Part shown: one piece after another, positions 12,001 to 25,660 of the stretch | Numbering within the stretch: the first letter of the stretch is position 1 | How the letters are laid out: each line of letters begins with the position of its first letter | Origin: Hydrolagus affinis | Taxonomy: Eukaryota | NCBI GenBank assembly: GCA_012026655.1 | Contig: JAAILG010000010.1 | Span: forward strand, 124,001 to 188,000 | Direction: 5' to 3' | Length of the DNA stretch: 64,000 nt | Made by a program: the position numbers and the translations under genes | Notes under the pieces: model-generated | Database searches by the model: none | The model's input: only the letters and a program-made list of their open reading frames with translations | Told to the model about the DNA's origin: nothing

Positions 12001-13170
12001 CAGTTTTACTTTTCAAAGTGTTTTTTTTAAATATTGTGTTGCTACATCCAGTAGAGTGAGTAGGTTTGTGCTTTGCATACATTTGTGATTTGAAATGGTG
12101 GAAGGGGTGTGGGGGGTGGAAATTAAATTTCAACAAGACAGCAGAAATGTCAGGTTGTCAGTTCTGTATTTCATGAATTGGCAACAGTCTCATTTAGGTT
12201 TTTCAGACGTGTCTGCCCAGACAGAATGTGAGCATTTTGCATGTTCTATAGAAGACAACCACTCCTCACTGCCTCGCAGCACGCAGTGGTGCATGACAGT
12301 TGCCCTTCACCGCTGTCGTCTTTGTGCTTACCCTTTGGCCTTTCACTAAGCCACTGTGCAGCGGTAAGCACAAGCCCAGATGTTTGCGAATGATGGGCAG
12401 TGGTCGGCACTATGCTTGTCATTATTTGATTTTTCAAATAGTTCAGTATTTAAACTCGCAAGTAGAAACCTTTGTGCATCATCCCGTGTGTCCAGCATCC
12501 AGAGCTGTCAAGAGCACGATCAGATAACAGAAAAAAAACACCGACTTGCTGAACAATTTCCTATCAGCATTTAGGAGGCTGTTTTATTGCTAAATTTAGA
12601 TGAGCATTACTGTGGAAATAACATGGTCAGAATTTGTTGCCAGGGTACCGCCTAGCCTCTTGTCCCTTGTGATGTGAATATCATAAATCACTATTAAGAT
12701 TCAGGCAACTTGTCCACTTAAGACTTTGATGTTCCCTTGGAATTCTATCTGCTTTGAGCAGACTGAACAAACCACAAAATAGTCGACCTGTGATGTCTAG
12801 GGTTATCCGTCAAAATAGAATTTCGGTCTTGAATAGGTATTGTTATGTACTGTACTGTAATATCAGTGAAAGATCAGTCTGCACACAATAGTGCTTTTCA
12901 CATTTGAGGCGTACATTGTATGAGATATGAAGTTAAGTGTAGAATTTAATTGACTGCATGTTACATTTTAATATATACTTGAGCCTTTTAATTGTGTAGA
13001 ACTAGTTTCAATTGTGAAAAATCCCACAACATAAAGATTGGCTACTTCTGATGAGGGGCCAGAGACCTTCCATGGAACCATTCCACAGCACAAACAAGTT
13101 AATATGTTTCTTAAAGCAAAATTATAACGTGGATGTAAATGAAATTGTGTTAATATTTGTACAGAATAAA

Positions 13171-13473
13171 TTGATAACATTCACACCTCTGAGTCAGAAG
13201 GTTGTGGGTTCAAGTCCCATCCATATCAGGATTTTGAACTCATAGTTTAACCTGACATTCCAGTACGGTGCAATTTTGGAGGCACCGTTTTCAGATGAAA
13301 CGTCAAACTGAGGTTCTTATCTACCTGTTCAAGTGGATATTAAAGATCCTATAGGATCTATTTGAAATGAGAAGGGAGTTTCTCCCAGTGTCCTGATCAA
13401 CAATTCACCAGATAAAATTACTCATTCACTTCATAGTTGTTTGTGGTACATTACTGTGCATAAATTGACTGTT
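13171..13473 (+). mobile_element. Older Deu-domain SINE (SacSINE1/AmnSINE1-like)
   Basis: gagtcagaaggttgtgggttcaagtccca head and ttcagatgaaacgtcaaactgagg...gtggatattaaagatcc...ggagtttctcccagtgtcctg, matching the Deu domain as I recall it. Confidence 0.75.
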
Positions 13474-13476
13474 AGT

Positions 13477-13767
13477 GGAGTCCTGTAGCTCAGCGGTTAG
13501 AGCACTTGCCTTACAAGCGAGAACCCTGGATGCGATTCCAGGCAGGGTGAAACCTTGGGCAAGTTTCCTTACTCTATACGCCTGATAATAATCCATTAAA
13601 AAAAATTGGTCATTTCAATCCACGACTATCTGTGCGACACTGCTGTACTCAATTGGCTGCCATGTTTCGCCCACATATATACAGTCAACTCACTTTACAG
13701 TATGTTCTGTGAAGCGCTTTGTGACATCTAGAAGATGTGAAAACTGTTATATCAAATGCATTATTAT
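13477..13767 (+). mobile_element. Full-length young tRNA-derived SINE
   Basis: Box A tagctcagcgg, degenerate box B, family body and tail. Confidence 0.9.
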
Positions 13768-13867
13768 ATCAATATTTATATCAAATATTATTACTTGTCT
13801 GTTGATGGTGATTGATTTCCTAGAGATATTTATTTGTAGCAAATCAATGTTATGGGTTATAGATATG

Positions 13868-14611
13868 AAAGGTGACCAAAACGTTGTGATACCATTACAA
13901 GTTTAATTAATAAGTCTTACTGTGATATTTTTGTTTGTTTTTTGGATAATAGGGTAGCTGAAAAATCTGAAAATTGATCTAGTCATGGAGAAATGGAGTA
14001 ATGAACATCGTGCTGCAATTGTGGAACACAACACAATGGCAGTTTTGGAAAAGAATTGGATTAGGTGATGGTCCATCAAAGATGTCCATACTGTGCTATG
14101 TTCTGAATTTCGTGGTACAGGAAGTGTTAAAGTTGCACAAAGAACTAGGTGGCCTCGAACAATGCATACATTTGGAAATATAGAATCAGTCAGGGAGAGC
14201 TGATCAGGATCCCCAAAACATCACCAAAGGACTGCGAAACATACTACTGTAAAATGTGATTTGAAATTATTCCCTTACAAAATCCAAGTTTCCCAACAGT
14301 TGTTGTCTTCAGACAAAACAGCTCGGCCAAAATAAGCCAAAATTAATAATGGCGATGAACAACAACATCAAAGAGGCTGTGCGATTCATTCCAGCCGTAT
14401 CACTTGGGAAAGTAATGGAAAATGTTATTATTCGCTGTTGTGAATGTATAGACGTATAGGGAAGACATTTTTTTTCGGTGTTATTTTAAATTTTTTATTT
14501 TATTTAATAAGAATGTAACAGCAAAATCTGTACTTTTGATTGTTTTTGTTCTTGAAAAAAGAAAGTAATTGTTATTAAAATAGATGGTATCATGACTTTT
14601 TGGTCACCCTA
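13868..14611 (+). mobile_element. Internally deleted, degenerate Tc1/mariner-superfamily transposon
   Basis: TIRs ggtgaccaaaacgttgtgataccat (13871-13895) and atggtatcatgactttttggtcacc (14584-14608), with TA after the right end. Frameshifted transposase pieces: MEKWSNEHRAAIVE, FRGTGSV, DLKLFPYKIQVSQQL, LGKVMENVIIRCCECIDV*GRHF. Confidence 0.88.
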
Positions 14612-15120
14612 TACAACTGTTTTGCTTTTTTTCTCCCACTCATCCCTGACTCAATAATAATAATTCTTGCACTTGATGTAGCACCTCATCACATCTTCAG
14701 ATGGTCTGTTATGACTTCCACAGTACTGTAACTATATTGAGTAGATTCTGCCAATGGTTTCAGAGAAGAGAAAAAGGCCAAGGAAAGTTAGCTTCCTAAT
14801 ATCAATTTGTTTTTGAAAAATTTACCCTCCCAGTGAATCAATTAGAACCATTTAAGGTCATAACTTCTTTAGGGCCAAGATTCCAGACTATTTCAGATCT
14901 GGTAGGCAGCCAAAATGGTATGTATTACAGAAATAACCATTTCACTGCTTAAAATTCAGAACAGTTGCTTCCTTTGGCTGGGAGCACAGCTGGTGAAAAT
15001 GGTCCTATGAAGGGTCACAGTGGCATATCAAATAACAGGAATATAAACATCTTTACAACAGCTTCCAACTCGGACCAAAGACCAGGATACCTGTGGGTAT
15101 CTATTTTTATTGTGTCATAT

Positions 15121-15369
15121 TAATAATCCTTGCATTTGATATAGCACTTTTCACATCTTCTAAACATCTCAAAGTGCTAACAATATATTGTAAAGTGGAT
15201 TGATTGTATATTTGTGGGCAAAACGCAGCAGCCAATTGTGCACAGCAGTGTCCCACAAACAGTTGTGGATTGAAATGACCAATTTATTATTTTTTTATGA
15301 GGGATTATTATTAGGCGTGTGGAGTAAGGAAATTTGCCTAAAATCTCACTTGTTACGCGAGTACTCTAA
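15121..15369 (-). mobile_element. Young SINE with a partly deleted head
   Basis: Reverse complement of the family tail and body up to gtgtggagtaaggaaatttgcc. Confidence 0.88.
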
Positions 15370-16690
15370 GCTTGTACCACTTTATAATGATGAAAAAGAG
15401 GAACCAGCAGGTTAGGAATGGGTTTGTAACAAGGTTTTCTAGACAAAACTTTTCTGAGCACAAAGAGTTAGGATTTATCAACTCCCAAAATGGCAACATG
15501 GGTTGGAATAATCCCTGGGGGTAAACCTCATGCAATCTATGGGTTGACTGATTAAGACATCAGTATTTACTCACAGGGCAGTGAGCTGTGAGTTTGCACC
15601 ACTTTAAAATTGTACCAACCTGAAATTTAATTAATTTTATGGAACAATTTTAAGATTGAGACCTTAGGTCACAACCTGCCTGTTTTGTAGAAGATAGCAT
15701 CTCAGATTTTAGATGGCTGGTTGTCTATTGCAATTTTGTTTCTGTTACAGATGTTTTTCCGAAGAGACTGATTCTATGGAGGGGTAATGATCAATGCTAG
15801 GATACAATTGTGCTCTTTGGAAGAAGTGGGCTTGATGGTCTTGTGTGATACTGTGGTTTGTTTTATATTATGATATGTTTATCACACTGATAAACTTCAA
15901 TCTTTTATCAAGAAAAAACTTTCAAGTTAAATGCTAGCTTTGTGAACATTGCAAGAACTCAAACCTTGAACAAGAAGTCTATTGAAAATCATCCAATGAT
16001 ATCCTAAAGTGCCTTCTAGCTTCTGTGCCAAATATTTTGTTCAATTTTCTCCGCACATAAATGGATGAGAAGAATCATTCAATGGATAAATGAGAAGGAT
16101 GTATAATCCATTAAAGAGATATTTCAGTTTGAATCCATGTGACTTACTTCCACTGGCTCTCCGTCGGGTCAACTTAAGTTATTTTTCTATGATTGCTGTC
16201 AGTAATTTACAAATTATTTGTGGGTGAAAGGAACGTCTGTTCATAGTTGGTACTATGCATCATTTTAGCCTGTGGGCTTGATTTTTTATTATACAACTTC
16301 CAAGTGCTCATCAATATGTTTTCAAAGTTTTTTTTTTACAAGATGCCTATAAATGGCTATTCACTGTACTTCTGGTAACAGATGTATAAAATCTGATTTT
16401 TTTGAGAGTTTAAATGCCCATTCACAGGTTTCAGCCAACAATGAAGTTAAGCACCATGCCTTGCGTTACCATTATTAGGCCTCAACCTGTCTTGAGCATT
16501 TTGATGCTCGCCTGAAGGCCAGCAGACACACTAATAAACTTATGTTCTTTGGATGCCTTGGTAAAATGTTGTGCTCCTTGTTTAATTTGTCAATGTGTCT
16601 TGCAATGTGTTGCAAAAATTTAATGCTTTGAGAACTAGCTTCCTTCTCTTCAAATAATGTCTTTATTGTCTACCAGAATGGACAGTTAAG

Positions 16691-16852
16691 ACGTTGATTT
16701 AATGCTTCATCCGAAAGACATCATCTTCAGTCCTACAGTGCTCCCTCTGCACTACATTGGAGCGTCAGTGTAGACCATGAGTTCAAAGTCCCAACGTGGG
16801 GCTTGAACCCACAACCCTCTGACTCAGAGACTACCACCTGAGCCATGCTGAC
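16691..16852 (-). mobile_element. 5' part of an older Deu-domain SINE
   Basis: cttgaacccacaaccctctgactcagag and tcatccgaaagac...gtgctccctc are the reverse complement of the head seen at 13171. Confidence 0.72.
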
Positions 16853-18037
16853 TCCAGATCCTTAATGAAATTTTCAAGATTGTTATTTATCAACCATTAT
16901 TTAAACCAAAAAGTTTTCCATTTGCATCCCGCTATACAAATGTAATTATGTTGTTGTCAACTCTTCTCGCTGAATAGAGAAGGTGCAGCTGTTACTAGGA
17001 TGGAACTTCGTGCTTTAGGTATGTTTAGTGCATGTTGTACAGTGTTGTTTCACTTCCTTCAACTCTGGAGCAGCCCAAGTGGATGGTAAAACAGCTTCCC
17101 TCCTAAAACTTTACAGTACAGAAGGGATCATTTAGCCCATCATGTTGTGCTGGCTGGCGCTTTTCAAAGAGCAATCCATTCAGTACCATTAGCACAGTGG
17201 CACCACAATCTAAGACTGATTGATGTCCACACCTGGAGAACAATCCTATCTCGTGAGTGGTTGCCATTGCGAGCCATAAGCATTTACATGGCTTCATAGC
17301 ACTTTAGCATTCAAAAGCTGTATTTTGTAATTCAATTGATTTTCCCTTTGAGCTAAGAATTGGCAGGGAGCCCCCCCCACCATTATCTTAGCTAATCCCT
17401 AAATTCTACCTGCACTGCCTGATCAGTGAGACTGGCTCACTCATTCATGTGAATATCAAGAGGGCTGTTAGCAACCCTTTAGTCAGAACCCTGTGATAAT
17501 TTTTTTTCAGATCTTGTGCTAGTAGTGTACCATATAAAAAAAAATCACTGGTTAGCGAATAAATAAATACAGTATGATATTATACAATAAGTTTTAAATC
17601 ATAGTTCTGACCTGGGGCAGATCTAATCTGAGTTCTGTTTTAGTGCATTTTCCACTATTTATTGTGAATGCTACAGGTCATTATTGACAGCTGCCTGATT
17701 TATTTGATGGGATGTACGTGATTGTATACGGTGACTTCAATCTTGTTTAATTAAATTTATATCTCTTATTGCCTTGTTCAGTATCTTTGGTCGCTCAATA
17801 AGTAATGTGTACAAAACTAGATAAAGATCAGTGATTGCCGACAGTGATTCTGTGTGGTTGTGCAGAACCAAATAAGAAACTATTTATGAGCAACATATGA
17901 AGCTGCCGGGTACATTTGAGCAGTGCTGTTACTGTAGTAGTTTTTAATATGTAGGTAAATTCAGGCATGAGATGCCCATTTCCTTATCTTACGCAGAAAC
18001 CTGCTCATCATCATGTCCACACCTTCATGCAAAAGCG

Positions 18038-18125
18038 AAACAATACAAAATTACATTTGTATTGTACCTTTCATGTCAGGAGGATGTCCCAAGGCGCTCG
18101 ACAGTCAGGGATTTGGACTGAGATG
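18038..18125 (-). mobile_element. L2-type 3' terminus
   Basis: acctttcatgtcaggaggatgtcccaaggcgctcgacagtcagggatttgg; a similar plus-strand copy lies at ~1257-1315. Confidence 0.55.
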
Positions 18126-19326
18126 GGAGGGGGGGGGGGTGGGGGGGAGGTCAGGATAGGGGAGGATGGAGGGAAGAATGTAAATTATCAAGCATTTGCT
18201 TGATTTTTTTTTGCCATCTCCTTTGATGTCCTCAGTGATGCATCTTCTATGGTCGGCTCCACATTTGCTCTCAATGCTTCTTTGTGCACAACCAACTTGA
18301 AGTGAACTTCTGCAGCTGGGAGTGGTCCTGGCTGATCATTTTATTTCTACCCTGACCGAGGAGAGGCATTTCACCTTTATGGAGGGTTGCATCCTGCTTC
18401 TTATCTGAGAATTGCTAAAGGGGAGGGTAAGTGAATTGAAATGAAAGGGTGGATTAGATGTTAAGTTCATGCCCATTTAAATTGGAAGTTTTCAGATCAC
18501 TTAAGCTCCTAAATTATCTAAAAGTAAATTACATTACTTGTTATTACTCAGATTCTTGCTTCTGTGGTGCTTGTGCTACAGTGAATCCTCAATCCTGTGG
18601 ATGTTATACTGGACAACTATACAGTTAGTTCAACAGTGTAATATTTCATCAGATTGGAAAAGTTTAAAATTGTACCAAGTTTTTTTTATAAAGAAGCATT
18701 GTAATTTATTTAACTAGGTATTGCTTTTTCTGTTTGATCATTTTGGGCTGAGCTGCTGTCATACAAGAAGGACTTTGTATGGACAGCATGAGAAAAGATC
18801 ATGAGCATATAGAGTAGCAATAGACACACACATATAATCTTCGCAGAATTCTCTGACAGGTCTTTTCTTTTGTTCTCTGTCTCAACCCACGATCTGCCAG
18901 GAATTTGTGACATCTCTTGTAGTAGATCAAATGAACCTATGACACCTGAATACGTTGTACAGGTTGTTTACAGTTGCGTTTTGAAGGACCCCACGACAAG
19001 ACAGGAAAGTTCACCTGAAGTAATTAAATTTGCACCTGGGATGCCAGTTGTGACAAGAATCCGGGGGATTTCAGGTAACCATTCCCTTAAGCAGCTTTTA
19101 CCATACATTTTGTCAGCAACCAAAAGAAAGAGGCATGCATATGTGTAAGCAATGTTATTACTACCTGCCACTCAGGCTTGTCAGTTGCTTAACATTGCCA
19201 GGCATAAATATCCTATTAAAATGAGAGACCTGTATCATTGTGTCAAACCTGCAGTCTCAGAGCCCAGAGGGAACTAAAGTGTTCAGATAAATGCTGCCAA
19301 ATGATAACTGCCTAACTATACTGCTC

Positions 19327-19460
19327 AACAGCAACAACTTACATTTATATAACACCTTTCATGATGGAAAGCTTAATAGCAACATGGCTTGATACCAAGC
19401 TGGAAAGGATGTGGGGGGCGCGGTGGGCTCTGACTGAAGGCACGGTCGAAGAGGAATGTT
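19327..19460 (-). mobile_element. L2 LINE 3' terminus, degenerate
   Basis: caacaacttacatttatataacacctttca...tgactgaaggcacggtcgaagagg; a related copy lies at ~21000-21135. Confidence 0.55.
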
Positions 19461-21812
19461 GCTTGTGCAGAATTAGTTCTTTTTTGAAAATGTCAATAAT
19501 TTCATGATGTTGCCATACCTCACAGAGCTGTATGTCTGATGATGATTTGTGACTGCACAGGGCTCAAAGTTGACCTGTCCCAATTGGCAGTCATGCTGTA
19601 TTACATAGGTTAGATGAAGTAATTATTTCTAGCCTGCTGACTACAAGCAAGATTAATAGTTCCTGAAAGGACTATAATGGAAGTCTGACCCATCTGGCTT
19701 TAGCATTATTCCTTATTTACCACACACTCATCTTTCTCACCTTTGGGCCATGGCATGGTGTCATTTGTGTTTGTTTTGCCATGTGAAAGGTTACAGGTCA
19801 ATTTTAATGAGATAGGTACGTCACTGTTTAATGTTGAAGAACATACTGGGGAGTGTCAGCTGGGGTACACAAACCCGAGATAACGGAAGGCAAGTGGGTT
19901 GGGTGGGGTGAGGCGTGGGGGTAGAGGAAGAGAGAAGAGGAGCAAGTAATCTTACAGTGCTGGAGAATAAAATACTAGTTTTATCCAGTATTATAAAGTT
20001 ACCAATTAATTACAAATCGGACAGCTGACTAATAACAGTTACATTTACCAACACTGATGCCTTTTTTAACATGTCGGATTATATAATTGTATTTGCTGCT
20101 TTTTTAAAAATATAATAAGTAAAACTATTTTGATGTCAGGGCATTTGGGTCCAAGTATACAAGCTCTTACAGTGTAATTTGCAGTTCAGTAGGGTTAGAA
20201 ATCCTGTTGTTTACATAAACCAGCAGTTCGTTCAATTGGAAAAATACCCATACTCACTTTTCACTTCTTCTGACATAACTCATGTTGCTCATGGTTACAC
20301 ACGAGTTGCTATTTAACTTTATTAAAGTTTGAGGTGAATGCATGCTCTGTTAGGGAAAGCTAGTTTGGGTTTCCAACTGCATAAGTTTTGGTTAGGGATG
20401 CATTCCTGATGTGTAAGTTATTTGTGGCTGTTACAAGTATGCGATGCTGAGGTCACAGTGATGACAGCCTTGATAAATATTTCTAAATTATAAAGTGTTC
20501 AAATGATGATTCAGGAAAACCAAATGAAATTTTGTGAAGGCTGTTTTTAAAGTGGAATGAGCTGAAAATGTAAATGTCTACTTTGTTTTAAAAGGAAAGA
20601 ATCAGGTGCATGTTGGACCTAATGTTCTGATTGTGGCAAAATAAATTCCTCTTGCAGTAGGAATTGATTGAGTTAGGACAAGTATCCCTCGGGATGTATA
20701 TTAGTGTGACAGAGTAGTAACCGTTGAAAAACCTTTCAATCTCTGCTGCAGGCTTTGTGGCCTCTGGAGAAGTTTAATGATATTCAAAGGTAGAAGGAAT
20801 CGTTGAATGTGTATTGTTATCAGTGCAAGAATGTACCTTTTGGGGCTCTGCAAAACCTGAATTAAAATCTTCATTCTATCATACTCAGGTGAGACTTGTC
20901 CTGAATGTGCTGCATTACTAAATAGGACATTAGTACTCCAAAAATTGGTGCTCAGTTTACTTTTTTGGATTTCAAAAATATGTTTATATGATCCAACTTT
21001 TATTTGTGTGGAGCTTTTTACATCAGGAGGGCGTTTCAAAACGCTTTGCACTGCTGGCTAGGCATCTAAACTGGTGGGGTGGGGGGATGAAAAATGAACC
21101 ACAAGTATGGTCAAAGAGTATTGAGACAGTCTATGAAAACATTGTATTATTAGTATAATTTTCCCAAAAAGATTCATGGCAGATTTTTTATAGCGTTGAG
21201 TTCCTTTGCAGATTATCCAGCTAAGCTGTGTTTGAGTTTAATAATGCACAGAGGACGTTTTCCTTTTAGGGTCATTGTGTAAGTTACTACATAACTGAAG
21301 CACTTAAGCTATTCGATCATTAGCCAATATCAGTAAGGAAAACATGTTGACGACTACACTTTAAATAAGAACAGATGATTTGGTTAGAGAAAAAAATGAG
21401 TGCAGATGGTGATGAAAGGTGTAGAATTAATTGCCACAGAGTTTTCTTGTGTATTTATTTTGCATACGTTATATTTATGATTTAGTAATTTTATTTTTTT
21501 TGAAGTTTTTTTATCCTTGCAACTAAGTAAAATCGGTTAAATCCTTCGTTGACAAGTTACATTAAGGATGCAGACATAGCAAATAAGTATTGGAAGTCAT
21601 CTCCAAGCTTTCTTAGAGAGGATTTCAATGTGTTTCTCGTTGCTCATCGAGGCCAGAGTATTGCACTGGGAGACAGAACTTTTCCCATTTTGTCACCTGA
21701 TGTCAGCTTGACTGCTCTCAAAAGAGTAAAACACTACAAGTTTGATTTAGAGGCTTAAACTGCCTCACAAGTGCCCCTGAAAATGTGATTGAAGGTCATT
21801 GTATTAGTCTGT

Positions 21813-21970
21813 TTAATGATTGTTTGTGGGACACTGCTGTGCGTAATTGGCTGCCATGTTTCACCCACAAATTTACAGTCAATTCACTTTACAAGCATAT
21901 CCTGTGAAGCGCTTTGAGACCTTTAGAACACGTGAAAAGCACTATATCAAATGCAAGGATTATTATTGTT
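21813..21970 (+). mobile_element. Young SINE, 3' half
   Basis: tgtttgtgggacactgctgtgcgtaattggctgcc...aagcactatatcaaatgcaaggattattatt. Confidence 0.88.
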
Positions 21971-24900
21971 GGCCAATTTGGTGCATTGGAGTCAAATCTA
22001 CTTGGAAGTTAAGGACCAAAACTAGTTTCACAATGGAGCCTTACAGCTATTGGAGAGAATGAACATTCATCTCATCAGCCTGGACTGGATGCAATAATAA
22101 TAATAAACCCAGGTTCTAGATATATTTAGATATTGCTTAACCTGAAGGTTAAAACACAGTTGTTAAACTGATACATTTTTAAATTGATAAGATCGTACAA
22201 ACCAAATACAGTAATTAACATTACTATTATTATTGTAATGTTTGCATTTATTTTAAACAAGTATATTTTCAAAATTTTGTAACAAACATACTCAGAATAC
22301 CTGAAGAATGATGAAATGACTGGCAAATAGAAATATCACTGATTTATTCCAGAATGCTGTGAAAGAAGGTGCAAAGGATCTATTTTATTATCACTACAGT
22401 ATTATTATTTTGCGCAGTTTCAAAAAATTTTTCATCTGCACCCTGACCATTTGTGTGAGACCGTGAACTGAAGTACAGTTCTCTCCATTTTTATAACATT
22501 TTAATACTTAAAAGTGAAGATTTAAGTCAGATAACTGCATTCTAAGCCCCAGGGAACAAATAAGACAGACTGTGTGAGGCTGGTTTATGATCGCAGGGTC
22601 TGAAGTTAAAAGGGGTTTAAGTGAGTCACTAGAGGGCACTGGAACATCACTGTACAGGGCACGGGCTGCCGTCCTGCCTTTCACACTTTTCAGCTGATTG
22701 AGTCTTGGATGTCAGGGATTTTGTTTTATTAGGGAGAGTGGAGTGTAATATATTCATCTCCATCCAAGACTGCCATTAAGCGCCCCAGAACATGCCCTTC
22801 TCACAGCTATGCCCTGTTAACTCTGCTGATTTGGTGTAATAATTAGCCAAATTCAACACGAACAGTGGTAGTAACCGACACCTAAACTTTCCCATTGTTT
22901 TGAGTACGTGACAGAGTAGAAGTTCTGTGAAATAAATTAAGCAGGTCGGAACCCGTGCCCTATGACCGCAGGACTATTTTCTGCATCATTGTTTTGAAGG
23001 GGAATATATTAACTTCTTTTTACATCGGTGCTCTGATTGCATTGCCTCAGTCTGCACGGACAGCAGTTGACATTCAAAGACAGTACCGTGTTAATTTTTC
23101 ATCGTTGACAGTGCTTTGAAAGGTAAAGTTTAACTTGTAGAATAACATTCTTTTTTCCTTTACTTGTTTTTCAATCGTGTCCACCACTATGGAACGTGCT
23201 GAGTAACTGCCAGATGACATTCTCAATGCAGTATTTCCTCGCCCTCTTAGGCTATACCTTGTCAAGCAGGCACTGCTTACAATTAGCACAATAAATCCTG
23301 CAACTTGGACTTTAAAGGATGAAATAATTCTGCCTTTTCTCTTCATTCTATGCTGATCTCTTCCATTTACATTCTCCAATTTATCTCAAAGGTTCTCCAT
23401 CAGTCCTGTTCATATGCACTTAATTTTGGAAGATTAATAATTTCTACTGTGTCACATACTTAAAGTAACTGATTTGTTCTGTGGTTCTTTGCTTCTGAGC
23501 AAAGTCGCTTGAGTGTGTTGAGGGTTTATTTCTCTATGTGGCGCTATCATTAGAAAAAAAGACACTGCAGAATCATTTAGATTGGGTTAAAAAGTTATAA
23601 CAACATCAATAGGCCTTATTATACAATATAACTTGAAAAGACCATATGAATCTACAGCTGGGGCTTCTAGCCACTGTAGAGGAGCTGAAAAATAATGCAC
23701 GACACTGATCCTCACTTCAGCTGGCAAACTGGGCACAGCCTATTGCTCTTAAGGCCCGTAGCTCTGTCCTTGACACTGCCTCTGGGACTGTCATGTCCTG
23801 TTGGAGCGTGTTTCCAAATGTTATTTGATGCAGTTTGTGCTGAAGTATTTTGCTATGGATTATTTGTTTTCACTTGGAGTCAAAATCCAGTCTTGAGAAT
23901 CACAAATTACTCTCGGTGACTAGAAGCAGAAAATGGCTCATGATATTTAAATCTTTTTATATGCTTTAACAGCATTAACGTTTCGATCTGTTTAAAACAT
24001 TCTCTTGTTTGTGGGCTGACTTTGATGTTGGTAAATTACTTTGCCATGGTCTACTGTAATTGCTTTCCTTCTAGGGCTGCATTCTTTAACCTGTTACTGG
24101 CAATCTCAAACACGTTTCTAAAATTGACAAGCATTTGTTCTTGAAAACACAAAGATAATGCAGTGAGTTTCTTTTGTATTTGACAATGGACAACAACGTT
24201 GCCCTTTGCCAAAATGCAGCGCAGATACATTAATGATATTCATAATAATAATCGTTACATTTGATACAGAGCCTTTCAAGTCTCAAAACTGTTTCACAGA
24301 ATTTACCATAAAGTGGTGTTGACTAAATCTTTGTGGATGATACTGGAGTTAAGTCCCATTAATTTCTATATGACATAAAAGCAATTGAGAATGAAGTGTC
24401 ATTTAAAATTCCAAATAAGCATAGGCTTGTCTTATACATGTGCTACAAATGCAGAGCAGAGAAGTTTCCAAACACAATCCTCTTTCAAGTATGGATCATA
24501 GAATTAAGATGCATTTTTAAGAATTTGTTAAAAAGAAGCATTAAGCTATCTTTGATTGATGAAATGATTGATTTCACATGGAAAGGTGCTATGTAAATGC
24601 AATTTAATAATACTGTAATAATAGCAATCCTTGTTTTTGACACAGTGCTTTAGCATGTCGTTGAGACATCTCAAAGTGCTTCACAGAATATACTGTAAAG
24701 TGGGAAAGAAAATGATTTGTTATTCAAACAAATAGAAACAAATAATCAATTTATTATTAATACAGTAATTTGAGAATTATTGAAATTTACACCTCTGTTT
24801 CTCGTACTTTCCTTTTTATATGAAAAATGAGAGATTGGCTTGGTGTTTTGTGGCTACTTATTTTTATTATTTTTCCAGCATTTACAGAAAGCACAGGACT

Positions 24901-25536
24901 TTTGTTAGCAAAAGCACAGCACCTGTAAAAGGACGATGCACAGAAATGTAGGAAACTTGAAATGCATTACTCTACCGCAATCTTTAGAGCGATGCCATGG
25001 CTTTATTGATAGGGTTTGTTAGGGTGGGGCTCAGGGGCATACTACCAGCAAAAAGAGGTCATAAAAATTATCTATCATTTTAACTTCCTATTATCGTTAC
25101 TTAAAGTGTTAAATCATGTGTGACAAATCAAATGCTGAACTGGGCCAGAAGATTGCTGGTCCTGTTTCATTAACCCGCAGCAAGGCAAATGAACAATGTT
25201 CCTTTAGGTTAAAACAACAATTAGCAGATCTTTAGCACACAGAGGCATGCCTCAAAGTCGGAACATTGGAAGTAGAAGCGTTTTTCATACATAACTAAGT
25301 TCTGTTTTTAAATGTAAATGAACTTGTATCCCATTTGTGGTGGTTAAACATGCTTCACATATGCATGACAGGTCTGTGTGTGGGAACCAGAAACTGAAGC
25401 ATTTGATTAATGGGAAGGGGCAAAGGCGGTTTGACTTGGAACACAGAACCTATTTAGCAGCTTTGCAGGAAGGAATATAAAGTGTTGTTTTCTTAGATAA
25501 CTGTTTATCTGTTATTTATTTATCTATTTATTTATT

Positions 25537-25660
25537 GCAATTGGCTGCTGTCTTTCACCATAGTTAATTCACTTTACAGTGTGTTTTGTGAAACGCTTTG
25601 AGACGTCTAGAAGACGTGAAAAGCACTATATCAAATGTAAGGATTATTATTATTATTATT
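25537..25660 (+). mobile_element. Young SINE, 3' part
   Basis: gcaattggctgc...cgctttgagacgtctagaagacgtgaaaagcactatatcaaatg followed by (TTA)n. Confidence 0.88.

Noticed and set aside
13477-13550. tRNA-like sequences here and at 3739, 8172, 27110-27183 and 63150-63224
   Set aside because: Each continues into a SINE body and carries cloverleaf-breaking mutations; they are SINE heads, not tRNA genes.
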